Part shown: one piece after another, positions 1-8,713 of the stretch
Layout of the letters: the number at the start of each line of letters is the position of its first letter
How positions within the stretch are numbered: the stretch's first letter is position 1
DNA from: a virus
Taxonomy: Duplodnaviria; Heunggongvirae; Uroviricota; Caudoviricetes
Direction: 5' to 3' (one strand)
Length of the DNA stretch: 64,000 bases
Virus record (IMG/VR): IMGVR_UViG_3300033146_003879
Location: 54,990-118,989 of that record
Notes under the pieces: generated by a model
Databases searched by the model: none
Told to the model about the DNA's origin: nothing
Seen by the model: the letters and a program-made list of their open reading frames with translations, nothing else
Position numbers and translations under genes: made by a program

Positions 1-385
1 TGTTGAATGAGTGTGTTATTGTCACGGGTGAACCGCCTGTATCATCTACATTGAGTTCAATCCTAACAACAAGCTTACTTCCGCCTATAAATGAAGCATC
101 TACTGATGATGCTCTGAGACGCGGTGCTATATCGCTATAAACAGCACGTAGCGTTTTTAAGGCACTGTCAACATCGCTAGTAACCATAGCGCGGATATTT
201 GCACCCTCTTCTTTCCGAGCAAGCAATCGCTGGATAGCGGAGTCTGACGAGAAGAATACCCGGTAGACAAAGTCATTCATTATGTCCTGTAGTTCAAGGT
301 CTACGTTGCTTCCATCTGTATACTCTATCACAGGGTGTGTTCGGTCGCTTTCGGTATATCGTAAATCAAGCATAGTATCACTCAT
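1..385 (-). CDS. Baseplate wedge/gp25-like protein (runs off the window edge, missed by the ORF track)
   Basis: Hand translation from ATG at 385, preceded by GGAGGGTGTT: MSDTMLDLRYTESDRTHPVIEY...LVVRIELNVDDTGGSPVTITHSF, open to the edge. Size and beta-rich C-terminus fit gp25-like proteins; CTATAAT motif upstream at 410-416. Confidence 0.4.
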   Translation of the reverse strand, partial: MSDTMLDLRYTESDRTHPVIEYTDGSNVDLELQDIMNDFVYRVFFSSDSAIQRLLARKEEGANIRAMVTSDVDSALKTLRAVYSDIAPRLRASSVDASFIGGSKLVVRIELNVDDTGGSPVTITHSFN

Positions 386-418
386 AACACCCTCCTGTAG
401 TACACCATTATTATAGGC

Positions 419-3400
419 TCATTTCTTCTCTCTTGAGTCGTAATTATATGTCCTCTCCATCATGTCTGCTGTAATGTACAAATATGCCATAGGTAGGCCT
501 ATTGTATTTGACCTGTATTTGAGGCCTTTCTGAAGCATTGATGGGGTAAATAGGTTTGCTTTGTCTAGTGCTTTTATCTTCATCCGTATGAATTGGTTTA
601 TTTCAGCGATGTGGTACTTCTCAGACACCCACATGCGAGAATCAGATGATCCGATGTAACTCATGTTGTAGGCTTTGATGAAGGTCTTTGCTGTGAGCTT
701 CCCGCCATAAGTCTTGTCGATATGGAAGCAACTATCTATAAACTCATACAGACCGTTAGTTGCAAGGAGACGCTCCTCCATATTTCCGATCATATCAGGT
801 GTGACAAACATATCTACGCCTTTGTTCTCAATGGATAACCTATTTATGCGAGACGCAGTTATTATTTTATGCCATATACCAGGGCCCTCCTGTGAGACTA
901 TTTTGTCATGGAGATTTGGAACAACATCTTTTGGGTGAACTATATTTGTTAGTTGGCAGTAAAGTACGCGTCTCTTGAACGCAGTAGCTTCTCCGGTCAA
1001 CTGTGGTATTCTGTTTGTGTTGATGATGTGGCTTGATTTTGGGTAGACGTCTTCAGGCTGTCTGTAGAGTACTTTAACCGGGACGGGTTCGCCTGTCACT
1101 AATGTCTTAAATATACTCCCTAGATCTTCGCCTGAAGCGTCTGGTGTTATGTTAACAAGTTTATTATATACATTTGCTCTAGCCTGTGCTCCTTCATTAG
1201 TCTTTGCTGATAGTGAGTTAATATCAGCAACGGTCATTATTTCGTCTTTCCCGAGTAATCTCTCAAACACTCCCGCAAGCACGCTCTTTCCGTTTGACCC
1301 ATCCCCGACGAGGAAAACCGCCCTACTGTCACCAGCTGGATCGTACAACATGTGTGATACGAAATAAGCGATAATCCTCTTGAACTTGTTCTCTCCGTCA
1401 TCCATGAACTCCATAAACTTATTGAGAAGAGGTGTCGGCATCTTCATGTAAGATTGTGTGTGTCTGTCCAATAAGATGAGGTCTTGCTTCTCAGATCCTA
1501 TGGCAACTTGCATAACGGGGTCAGGTTCTGTCGGTAATGTCGCCCCTATATGATTCGCATTCGGCGCATCATAGCAGACATTTGTGTTGCTAAACCTTAT
1601 AAACTTACGTCCTGTACTCTCTTTCACACTGTTAAGTATGGACTTATCGAATCGCATTGTTCTTGGTAAGCTGAAGATACGTAATAAGGCGTCCTCGACA
1701 CTGCTCCCCATGGAGGAGTGTTTGTGTGTAGTCTTCCCGAGGAGCAGCTCGATAGACGCCAAGCCTCGCACTGCCGTAGACAGGCGCTGCTTTACTGTTT
1801 GAGTAATAAGCTTTGCTGGAAAGCCTAACTCAGTTGCACGTTGCCCTATAAATGCATCAATTTCTTCCTTATCGGAGAAACCGACACGAGGGGCCGTTCC
1901 GTAATACTCTGAATACGGGACATGCAGATTATTGTCAATAAGAAACACCTCAGGAACTCCTAGTTGACTTCCTGATGTTCTTATGTGGTAGATTAAACGT
2001 TGTTCTGCGAGTATGCTCTCAGCAAACAACTTTGCTATTGTGTTGTTGCGGCTCGCCTCGTTCTCAAATGAGCCTTTGCGGAAAAAGGGGAAATAGAATG
2101 ATTTAGGAAGGTACTCAACAAGGATTTGTATTGTCACATTTCCGTATTGTTCCTTATTCTTCTCCTTCGCAACAGCTCGTTGTATCGCATATCTGAGAAC
2201 TGCGAAGCTGGACAGAACGAGCTTGTAGTACTCTAGTGCGAATGGGCTTATTGGTTTCTTTCCTCCTTTCTTATCAGACTTCGATGATAGAAATATTGTC
2301 TTGTATTCAACAGGGGCTTGGTCTGCTGAGTGTAGATCGTTCATGTAAGCAATAAAAAAGAGGAAGTATTGGGCTTCATATACCGTTGTTGGTAACGAGG
2401 CGTAGAGCCCCAACCTACGTTTCTCGGAATCCAACAGCCGCATCACAAGAGACCCATAATCTTGGCTGTCTCCTGTTCCCCAATCCTGACATATCATCAT
2501 CTCATCACGCGACCAGAAACTCGGGTTACTATCCCCTTTGCGGGTCGGGCTCTTCATAGTTACAAAACCTTTGTCTGATGTCTGCTCAATAGTTGATATA
2601 TCGTGGTTTAGGAAAAGGAGTATCGACGAAATTGTTATGTGTTTCTTTATGTAAGAGTACATTAATGAGTTCCGCATAATATCAGGCATGCCATTGCGAT
2701 TAACACTGTTATTGTTTTTGTCGCTCATGTCAAGTAGCTCAAGAAGGGATCCTGTGTTTGTTGATGCTGTGGCAGGTGCTGATAAGTCCTTTGTTTGTGC
2801 CCGCACAAGGATATCGGATAAGAATTGGCTAGGCGCCAATAATGTGTTGTAACGTATGATCTCAACGGGTTTCTTCGGGGTTGATTTTGGGTTCTTTGTG
2901 AACGGCATACGGTTGTTCCTGGATATGTTAGAACAAGCCATGTCGTATACCACATGTTTCCCGGCAAACTGCATAACCTCTTGTGCAAACACTTCGTAAT
3001 GTCGTTTGTATGTATCAACACTTTCGGGGAAACTGCCGTCACAAGGGAATAGGTATACAATATGGTATCCGTGCCCTGTATATAGTACCATGTTTGGTTC
3101 CGTCTCATCTTGTACAGTATCGAGATCTACGAGGTGGTTTAGGACGCTTACGATTTCATCGGGAGACGCTTTGCTAACAACCCACTTAGCGAACGCTTCT
3201 CGTGAACCAAGATTCTCTTTCCCTACAGCTGCGGCCGCGGGAGGTGTTGACGCAACGAGTTCGTGTTGATCTTTCAGATCGATATCGATATAAAGCATCG
3301 GCCTGTACGTTATGTCAGTAGCTCGCGCTGATACCCGGCGTAGGTCGCTTGTTTTGGCGTAAGCCTCAAGTATAGCTGATGTGGTCATCTTATTGATCTC

Positions 3401-3697
3401 AACAACACTTGTGCCGTTATCTTCTTGCGCAGCAGAATTCCTAAGAATACGCTGCCTTACCGAATTACAGAACTTATCTGTGTCTGCAAAGGCATACATA
3501 AGACCGTTACTTGAGTACTTATCAATAATGCTAGCGACACGATCGGGGGTGAGGTCTTTTGCCTGCACTACCATTTTTGTCTCATGGGAATAAGTACTGT
3601 CTGAGAAAATTATTACTTGTTCTTTTTGGGAACAACTGCTTACGCAGGTCGAAAACTCTTCGCAAAATCTGCGAATAGGAATTGAAGGGGAAACCAT
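419..3697 (-). CDS. DNA primase-helicase fusion (AEP-type primase + D5-like SF3 helicase)
   Basis: AEP motifs LYIDID, YTGHGYH and NNRMPFTKNPK; Walker A FLVGDGSNGKS; SF3 motifs KLVNITPD, FKTLVTGEPV, IINTNRIP, AFKRR. Confidence 0.88.
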   Translation of the reverse strand: MVSPSIPIRRFCEEFSTCVSSCSQKEQVIIFSDSTYSHETKMVVQAKDLTPDRVASIIDKYSSNGLMYAFADTDKFCNSVRQRILRNSAAQEDNGTSVVEINKMTTSAILEAYAKTSDLRRVSARATDITYRPMLYIDIDLKDQHELVASTPPAAAAVGKENLGSREAFAKWVVSKASPDEIVSVLNHLVDLDTVQDETEPNMVLYTGHGYHIVYLFPCDGSFPESVDTYKRHYEVFAQEVMQFAGKHVVYDMACSNISRNNRMPFTKNPKSTPKKPVEIIRYNTLLAPSQFLSDILVRAQTKDLSAPATASTNTGSLLELLDMSDKNNNSVNRNGMPDIMRNSLMYSYIKKHITISSILLFLNHDISTIEQTSDKGFVTMKSPTRKGDSNPSFWSRDEMMICQDWGTGDSQDYGSLVMRLLDSEKRRLGLYASLPTTVYEAQYFLFFIAYMNDLHSADQAPVEYKTIFLSSKSDKKGGKKPISPFALEYYKLVLSSFAVLRYAIQRAVAKEKNKEQYGNVTIQILVEYLPKSFYFPFFRKGSFENEASRNNTIAKLFAESILAEQRLIYHIRTSGSQLGVPEVFLIDNNLHVPYSEYYGTAPRVGFSDKEEIDAFIGQRATELGFPAKLITQTVKQRLSTAVRGLASIELLLGKTTHKHSSMGSSVEDALLRIFSLPRTMRFDKSILNSVKESTGRKFIRFSNTNVCYDAPNANHIGATLPTEPDPVMQVAIGSEKQDLILLDRHTQSYMKMPTPLLNKFMEFMDDGENKFKRIIAYFVSHMLYDPAGDSRAVFLVGDGSNGKSVLAGVFERLLGKDEIMTVADINSLSAKTNEGAQARANVYNKLVNITPDASGEDLGSIFKTLVTGEPVPVKVLYRQPEDVYPKSSHIINTNRIPQLTGEATAFKRRVLYCQLTNIVHPKDVVPNLHDKIVSQEGPGIWHKIITASRINRLSIENKGVDMFVTPDMIGNMEERLLATNGLYEFIDSCFHIDKTYGGKLTAKTFIKAYNMSYIGSSDSRMWVSEKYHIAEINQFIRMKIKALDKANLFTPSMLQKGLKYRSNTIGLPMAYLYITADMMERTYNYDSREKK

Positions 3698-3738
3698 ACA
3701 AACACTCCATCAGTAAGGAACAGACTACACACAAGAAG

Positions 3739-3767
3739 ATGATAGTGTATGTGAAAATTTAAGTCAA
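3739..3767 (-). promoter_or_regulatory. Sigma70-type promoter of the primase gene
   Basis: Minus strand TTGACT-17 nt-TATCAT. Confidence 0.75.
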
Positions 3768-3818
3768 GGAAATTCTGAAATTATTTAGTGTTTTTTGTAG
3801 AATGGGATTAGGTGGTCG

Positions 3819-4649
3819 TTAGACGAGGGGTGTTCCGTTAAGATAAGCTTTGTATTGAGCCATAAATCCGTTGTCTGACTTACCATAACTCAGATCATTG
3901 ATTATACTGAAGTTAAGTGGGACTTCTTTTGATGCGACGATATTAACGTTTGGCTGGAACTGAGATTGTCCACCCGCTCTCGTTGAATCATTCAGTCCAC
4001 CTTGTAGTCTACAATTCTCATAGTAGGATACAATAACTCCCTCGTTACCTTTTGTGAGTGTGATGCGAAGAATACCGAACTCCATTTCGTAGAACTCAGA
4101 GTGTGCAAAATTCATAAACAAGTCGTCTTTACTCATCGCTACGGGTTTGAATCCAGAAGCGGTATCCGTCCCACCATCACTAATGAAGTGATCAACAAGC
4201 GATCCGTTGTTATACTGGATTATATCATAGTACAGGCGCTTCAGTAGTGTGTACTTTGATGAAGGTGACTCTGAGCTTCCGGTTGTGGCTCCTGTTGATG
4301 ATGTAGGGTCGCCTGACACTAGGCTGTAGGCTCCTAGTCCGATTGACACAGAACCGTGCGTAGATGGTGTAGTGAACGTCTCAGGTGATCCGATTACGGG
4401 GTACTCCCCGCTGCCTGTCCTACTAGTTGTTACAGTGAACGTTGTGGAGAACGACAAAGGTGTTATTACGTGGTTGGTTGATCCTTGGGATGTTGCTACA
4501 TCGTCTAGTCCTAGTTGGTTTGTTCCCAACAAGGCAAATGTAGGTGGTCCGGAAAAGATCATTGTTTTGTCTGCTGTTGTTGAGCGAAAAGAGATATCTA
4601 GTCTATCCTGCTCGCTAATGTCGAAGTATTGTGCTAGTCCTTTTGCCAT
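3819..4649 (-). CDS. Putative tail tube protein
   Basis: Directly follows the sheath gene; beta-rich, 276 aa from MAKGLAQ (GGAGG-6 nt-ATG at 4649). Confidence 0.55.
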   Translation of the reverse strand: MAKGLAQYFDISEQDRLDISFRSTTADKTMIFSGPPTFALLGTNQLGLDDVATSQGSTNHVITPLSFSTTFTVTTSRTGSGEYPVIGSPETFTTPSTHGSVSIGLGAYSLVSGDPTSSTGATTGSSESPSSKYTLLKRLYYDIIQYNNGSLVDHFISDGGTDTASGFKPVAMSKDDLFMNFAHSEFYEMEFGILRITLTKGNEGVIVSYYENCRLQGGLNDSTRAGGQSQFQPNVNIVASKEVPLNFSIINDLSYGKSDNGFMAQYKAYLNGTPLV

Positions 4650-4650
4650 C

Positions 4651-7428
4651 TTATGCCTCCGTTGCAACTACGGCGTCTGTTACAGTCACGTAGTTATCAA
4701 TAGTTATTAGTTGATCCTGCGGCGATACGCCGTATCTGATAACAAGGCCATTTGGTATAATTGTTATCTCTGCAGCTGTTGCTTTTGCAAGAACTGTTCC
4801 GAGGTGTTTGTAGTAGCGGCTCAGATTTCTTCTGCGGAGAGCTTCAAGACGAAGTCTGATCTCCTGAATAACATCTTCAACAACGTTGTTTTTGCCAAGG
4901 AACTGTTTTGTAATGAAATAAATGTCTTTTGCGTACAACGCGACGGGTTTGATTTTGGGTAGCGTCCCATTCAGAGATGTCCCTTGTTTGAGGCCGCAGC
5001 TAGCATCCCGTATGCAGTATGGCTCAGGAATAGCTCCGAGTGTTGATGTGAGTACGTAGTACCCTGCTGACACTAGTTTGGTGAAGCCTTCCCGTGAGAA
5101 TACAGAGGTTGTCCCATTAACGCGCCCATACCCGAACCCTGAGATTACAACAGACGTGAGAGGCTGGTGTGGAGGAGTACTGATAGATGGGGCAAACATG
5201 AGTATTCCGCTAAACATGTTGTCTAAGCTAATCTGCTTTTCTGTATCTGATCCAACAGGTGTGTATTTGTATTCAATAGTTCCTGATAGGATCTTAAATA
5301 ACCACATGTTGTCTGAGTTCTGAGAGTTGTACATGTAGTCTGCTGTCTCTACGGAGTTCATGTGTTTTACAGCAGTTATGTGTGTTACAGGTCTTGCTGT
5401 GAACACTGAGTTTGTTTCTACAAACACAACATAATTCAACCCTATGTCAGATGACACTGTGAGGGGTGGTAGCGCTGCTCCTGTCAGTGGAGTGAGATTA
5501 ACGATCGATCCTGGGATAAGTTTTGCAGCAAGATCTACACCAGTAACACTTGTGGTGAACATGTAGTGATCACCAATTGTCGTGTCTAGTGTTCCGGCCA
5601 TCCCTTCGTTATTGAATATCACATCATCGGTAACTATTTTTGTTGGGTTCATCCCAATTCTGAATCGAGAGTTGTCAGGGTCGGCTTCTTGTTCCAACCA
5701 TGTATCAAATACACCTCGGTAATCATCCACAAGGAGGTATACCTGGAAGATATCAATGTAGTTTGACAGGATCCCTAAGCCGTCGTTTATGCCTTGATCT
5801 GTTGATGTGTCAATTGGCATAACGTACATTCGAGTCGTTCCTATCATATCCATTGATCGTTGACAAGCAAATCCGAGTGGGTTGCGAGGATCAGCGTATC
5901 CTATCTTGCTGAGGATATCACTATCGACGAGAATAGCGTTGTTAAAAATAGTGGGGTCGCGGTTCTCTGCAATATACCCAAGGTAAACATCACCTGTTAT
6001 TAACAAACCATCATCGGCGCCACACCAAGCAGTGTTGCAGAGTTCGTGGTACTGCCCAGACGCGTATCCTCGGATTATCTTCTTGTCGGTGTATGCGTTT
6101 TGCGTACCGTCCAAAGAGGCTTCTGTTGTTGTTGGATTTACAGTTGTGACGAGATCTCTAACGTCATCTGATTCTTCATCATATACAAAAGAGAACTGCG
6201 TTCTAGCGGTAAGACCTGTTGCAAAAGTTGATGTGCTTGAAAAAGGTTTGTCTGTGAGTGTTATAACACCATTAGCTTCGACAGACTTTTTAACTCGGTC
6301 GATTCTAGTTGTAACAAGTGTTCCTCCAGTATCAACCTCTCCTATAGTGGCTGTGGACTCGTTTGTAATGTAGGTGTGCAGAGCGGCTATGTACTCGGTA
6401 TCGCCAGCTTCCGTACTTGCTACATATGATGGTACGTAGGTCGCTGGTGCCACAGTTCCGGTTACAGCGGGAGCATCAAAAGTGTTGTCTGTTGTGGTGA
6501 ATAAGTCGCCGCCATACAGTCCCATAAGAACACTATGCACTTCAACAGAGGATGCACCTAGGATATCACTCGTACTGAGCCCTGTGTAAGCAATCTCGAC
6601 GGTTGATGTTGCGTCCATTATGTCGGTGGCTAATAGCGTTATTGACGCTTTCATATAGCCAGGTCCTACGTAAGGCACAGAGGAACTCATAAGTTCTGCT
6701 GTTGTTGGTGGTGATGTTGGGACGACAGGTGCCACAACTCCTGCAGCTGTCGCTGTGAACAACTGTAGCGTATTATTTGATATGGTTCCTGTGTTTGTTC
6801 CAGGTGCTGTGGTGAGATCGCGATCTGACAGTAAGTAGTGATCTACTGTTCCTCCGGCCTTTGGAGTAATAACAACTACAAATGACCCAGGCACGGCAAA
6901 GGCATCCGGCATCGGGATTGCTATTGTTAGCACGGATCCAGAGGTGTATAACACACCCTCAGATCCAGTAGCAAATGTATTTGGGTCTGGGGTTACGACT
7001 GTTTGTGAGGAGGTGTCTGTTACATCTTTGCTTGTGAGTACGCACGTTGAGTAAGATAGTGGAATAAGCGTGTGTCTATTAGTTGCTGGGATTACACTGG
7101 TGTTCAAAGACCGATACATAGCAAGGAATTGAGTTGATCTATCATACAACGAAACTGTATCTACGTCGACTTCTGAATAATCCCGGAGGTTTGGGTAGGA
7201 GGTTAGCGGGACTGTTATTGAGGTACTCTTGGTAACATCGTACTTTAGGTCTAAGTTTGTATCTGCGTCAGCAGGTACAAAGTGACCGTCGTCCTCGGCA
7301 GAGCCGGGAACAATGTGTAGGTCCTTGCTTTCTCCGAGAATAATACCCGAATAAGTGATTTGGTTGATGGCTACTGAGGCCGGCTTGTACTCTAGGTATA
7401 CTCTCGAGATCGGGATCAAATCATACAT
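4651..7428 (-). CDS. Contractile tail sheath protein
   Basis: 925 aa, T/S/V-rich insert domains, C-terminal sheath-like segment (RNPLGFAC...MYVMPID...FQVYLL...RFRIG); sheath-then-tube gene order; CTATAAT motif upstream. Confidence 0.6.
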   Translation of the reverse strand: MYDLIPISRVYLEYKPASVAINQITYSGIILGESKDLHIVPGSAEDDGHFVPADADTNLDLKYDVTKSTSITVPLTSYPNLRDYSEVDVDTVSLYDRSTQFLAMYRSLNTSVIPATNRHTLIPLSYSTCVLTSKDVTDTSSQTVVTPDPNTFATGSEGVLYTSGSVLTIAIPMPDAFAVPGSFVVVITPKAGGTVDHYLLSDRDLTTAPGTNTGTISNNTLQLFTATAAGVVAPVVPTSPPTTAELMSSSVPYVGPGYMKASITLLATDIMDATSTVEIAYTGLSTSDILGASSVEVHSVLMGLYGGDLFTTTDNTFDAPAVTGTVAPATYVPSYVASTEAGDTEYIAALHTYITNESTATIGEVDTGGTLVTTRIDRVKKSVEANGVITLTDKPFSSTSTFATGLTARTQFSFVYDEESDDVRDLVTTVNPTTTEASLDGTQNAYTDKKIIRGYASGQYHELCNTAWCGADDGLLITGDVYLGYIAENRDPTIFNNAILVDSDILSKIGYADPRNPLGFACQRSMDMIGTTRMYVMPIDTSTDQGINDGLGILSNYIDIFQVYLLVDDYRGVFDTWLEQEADPDNSRFRIGMNPTKIVTDDVIFNNEGMAGTLDTTIGDHYMFTTSVTGVDLAAKLIPGSIVNLTPLTGAALPPLTVSSDIGLNYVVFVETNSVFTARPVTHITAVKHMNSVETADYMYNSQNSDNMWLFKILSGTIEYKYTPVGSDTEKQISLDNMFSGILMFAPSISTPPHQPLTSVVISGFGYGRVNGTTSVFSREGFTKLVSAGYYVLTSTLGAIPEPYCIRDASCGLKQGTSLNGTLPKIKPVALYAKDIYFITKQFLGKNNVVEDVIQEIRLRLEALRRRNLSRYYKHLGTVLAKATAAEITIIPNGLVIRYGVSPQDQLITIDNYVTVTDAVVATEA

Positions 7429-7487
7429 GGCATTCTCCGTTTAATAACTGCTCACAGACCAATTATAGCACAGGAGGCTAAAAGACG

Positions 7488-8126
7488 CTACAGGGAGTAT
7501 TTCTTGTAACCATTGATGTTGGCAGGGTCACTTGTTCCGAAAGAAGATGCAATTTCATTGTATCTTGTTTGAAATACATTTATGATGTTCCTGTAAGCCG
7601 CAGCTGCTGCGTCCGCGTCTGTAACTGTAAGAAAGACGTCAATCCGCATGTTCGACACAAAGAAAGGAGTATCTACTAACACAGGACAAGGTACGGCTGC
7701 TGTAGGACACACAATGGTCACATCTCCCAGTTCTAGATCTTTCGGTGCGATAGGTGTTCCTACTGCAGGATCCGTATTGGCAGAGGTTGGGAAAAACAGC
7801 CTGGGTGTTTTTAACCAAGGCTCCGCTCCAGCGCCAACCAGAGATCCATTATCTGAGAAATCTTCAACAGTAGCAACTCGTCCAGGAACCAAAGAATCCT
7901 CGACGAATTTAGAACTAGCTACTGCACCCCTACTCTCAATAAGGAACAGATTTAACAATGGAGAATCACCAGGATCAGTTGCGTGAATAGGTATCGTAGT
8001 CCCTTTTTCACGAACCTCAGAGATAACTGTTGTAACAAGGTAGTAGTAGCGAGAAGTTGCCCCGGAGCCTAACGTCACACCTTCCCTTCGCTGACTGACT
8101 GTATATTCTATCTCACGCATCACCAT
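7488..8126 (-). CDS. Hypothetical virion-associated protein
   Basis: 212 aa, GGAGG RBS, upstream TTGACC-16-TATCAT promoter (8153-8180); resembles the N-terminal domain of 55203-56618. Confidence 0.45.
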   Translation of the reverse strand: MVMREIEYTVSQRREGVTLGSGATSRYYYLVTTVISEVREKGTTIPIHATDPGDSPLLNLFLIESRGAVASSKFVEDSLVPGRVATVEDFSDNGSLVGAGAEPWLKTPRLFFPTSANTDPAVGTPIAPKDLELGDVTIVCPTAAVPCPVLVDTPFFVSNMRIDVFLTVTDADAAAAAYRNIINVFQTRYNEIASSFGTSDPANINGYKKYSL

Positions 8127-8350
8127 AGCACAACCTCCTGCAGTTCACATAAATGATAGCAAGAGGAAATGTAAGGTCAAGAAAACAACAAAAAATAAGA
8201 CATTCCTAAAAACATCAATAATCCTATGTACGCGGGTGGCGCGGTATTAATTCTTACGCGCGTTCGCGCCGGCGTAACTATTCTCTATATATTTTTTTCT
8301 TTCTTTAAAAAAGTTTTTTTCTGAGAGAAAACTTTTAAAAACGTGATTTT

Positions 8351-8653
8351 AGTCCCCAAAGAAGCTAAGTGTTCGATATTATTACAACCGGTTGGGGACT
8401 ACTCGGGGACTTACTCTAATATTCGGGGACTTATTCCTCTTATTCGGGGACTTACTCCCTTATTTCGGGGACCTCACTTTTGCAAAGTAGCATTAGTTGT
8501 ATACTTTAATTATCACCTTTTACAAAACACTAAGTTTTATTAAGTATACATTTCAAGGAAGTAAACGGAACGTGTGCAGAAAATAGCGTGTTTTACAGAA
8601 CACTCAGTCCCCGATTTTGGTGAGTAAGTCCCCAAATATGAAAGTTACTCCCC
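8351..8653. repeat. Iteron-like array GGGGACT(T)A(C/T)TC; putative replication origin
   Basis: Direct copies start at 8394, 8405, 8425, 8446 and 8467 (last GGGGACC); inverted copies at 8351, 8606, 8627 and ~8647; 20-21 bp spacing; AT-rich tract at 8281-8350; 587-bp non-coding gap. Confidence 0.7.
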
Positions 8654-8713
8654 AAAATCTACACAACAATCCCTAGATTTTTGGCGTATTTCTCTTTATT
8701 TCGTAAAGTATTC

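Noticed and set aside
8394-8473. GGGGACT repeats as a CRISPR or RT-associated array
   Set aside because: Period is only 11-21 bp with no unique spacers of 25 bp or more; inverted copies and the AT tract fit iterons; it is 25 kb from the RT.
8343-8543. 66-aa ORF over the iterons, and most plus-strand shadow ORFs in the track
   Set aside because: No RBS; translation of repeats or antisense of well-supported genes.
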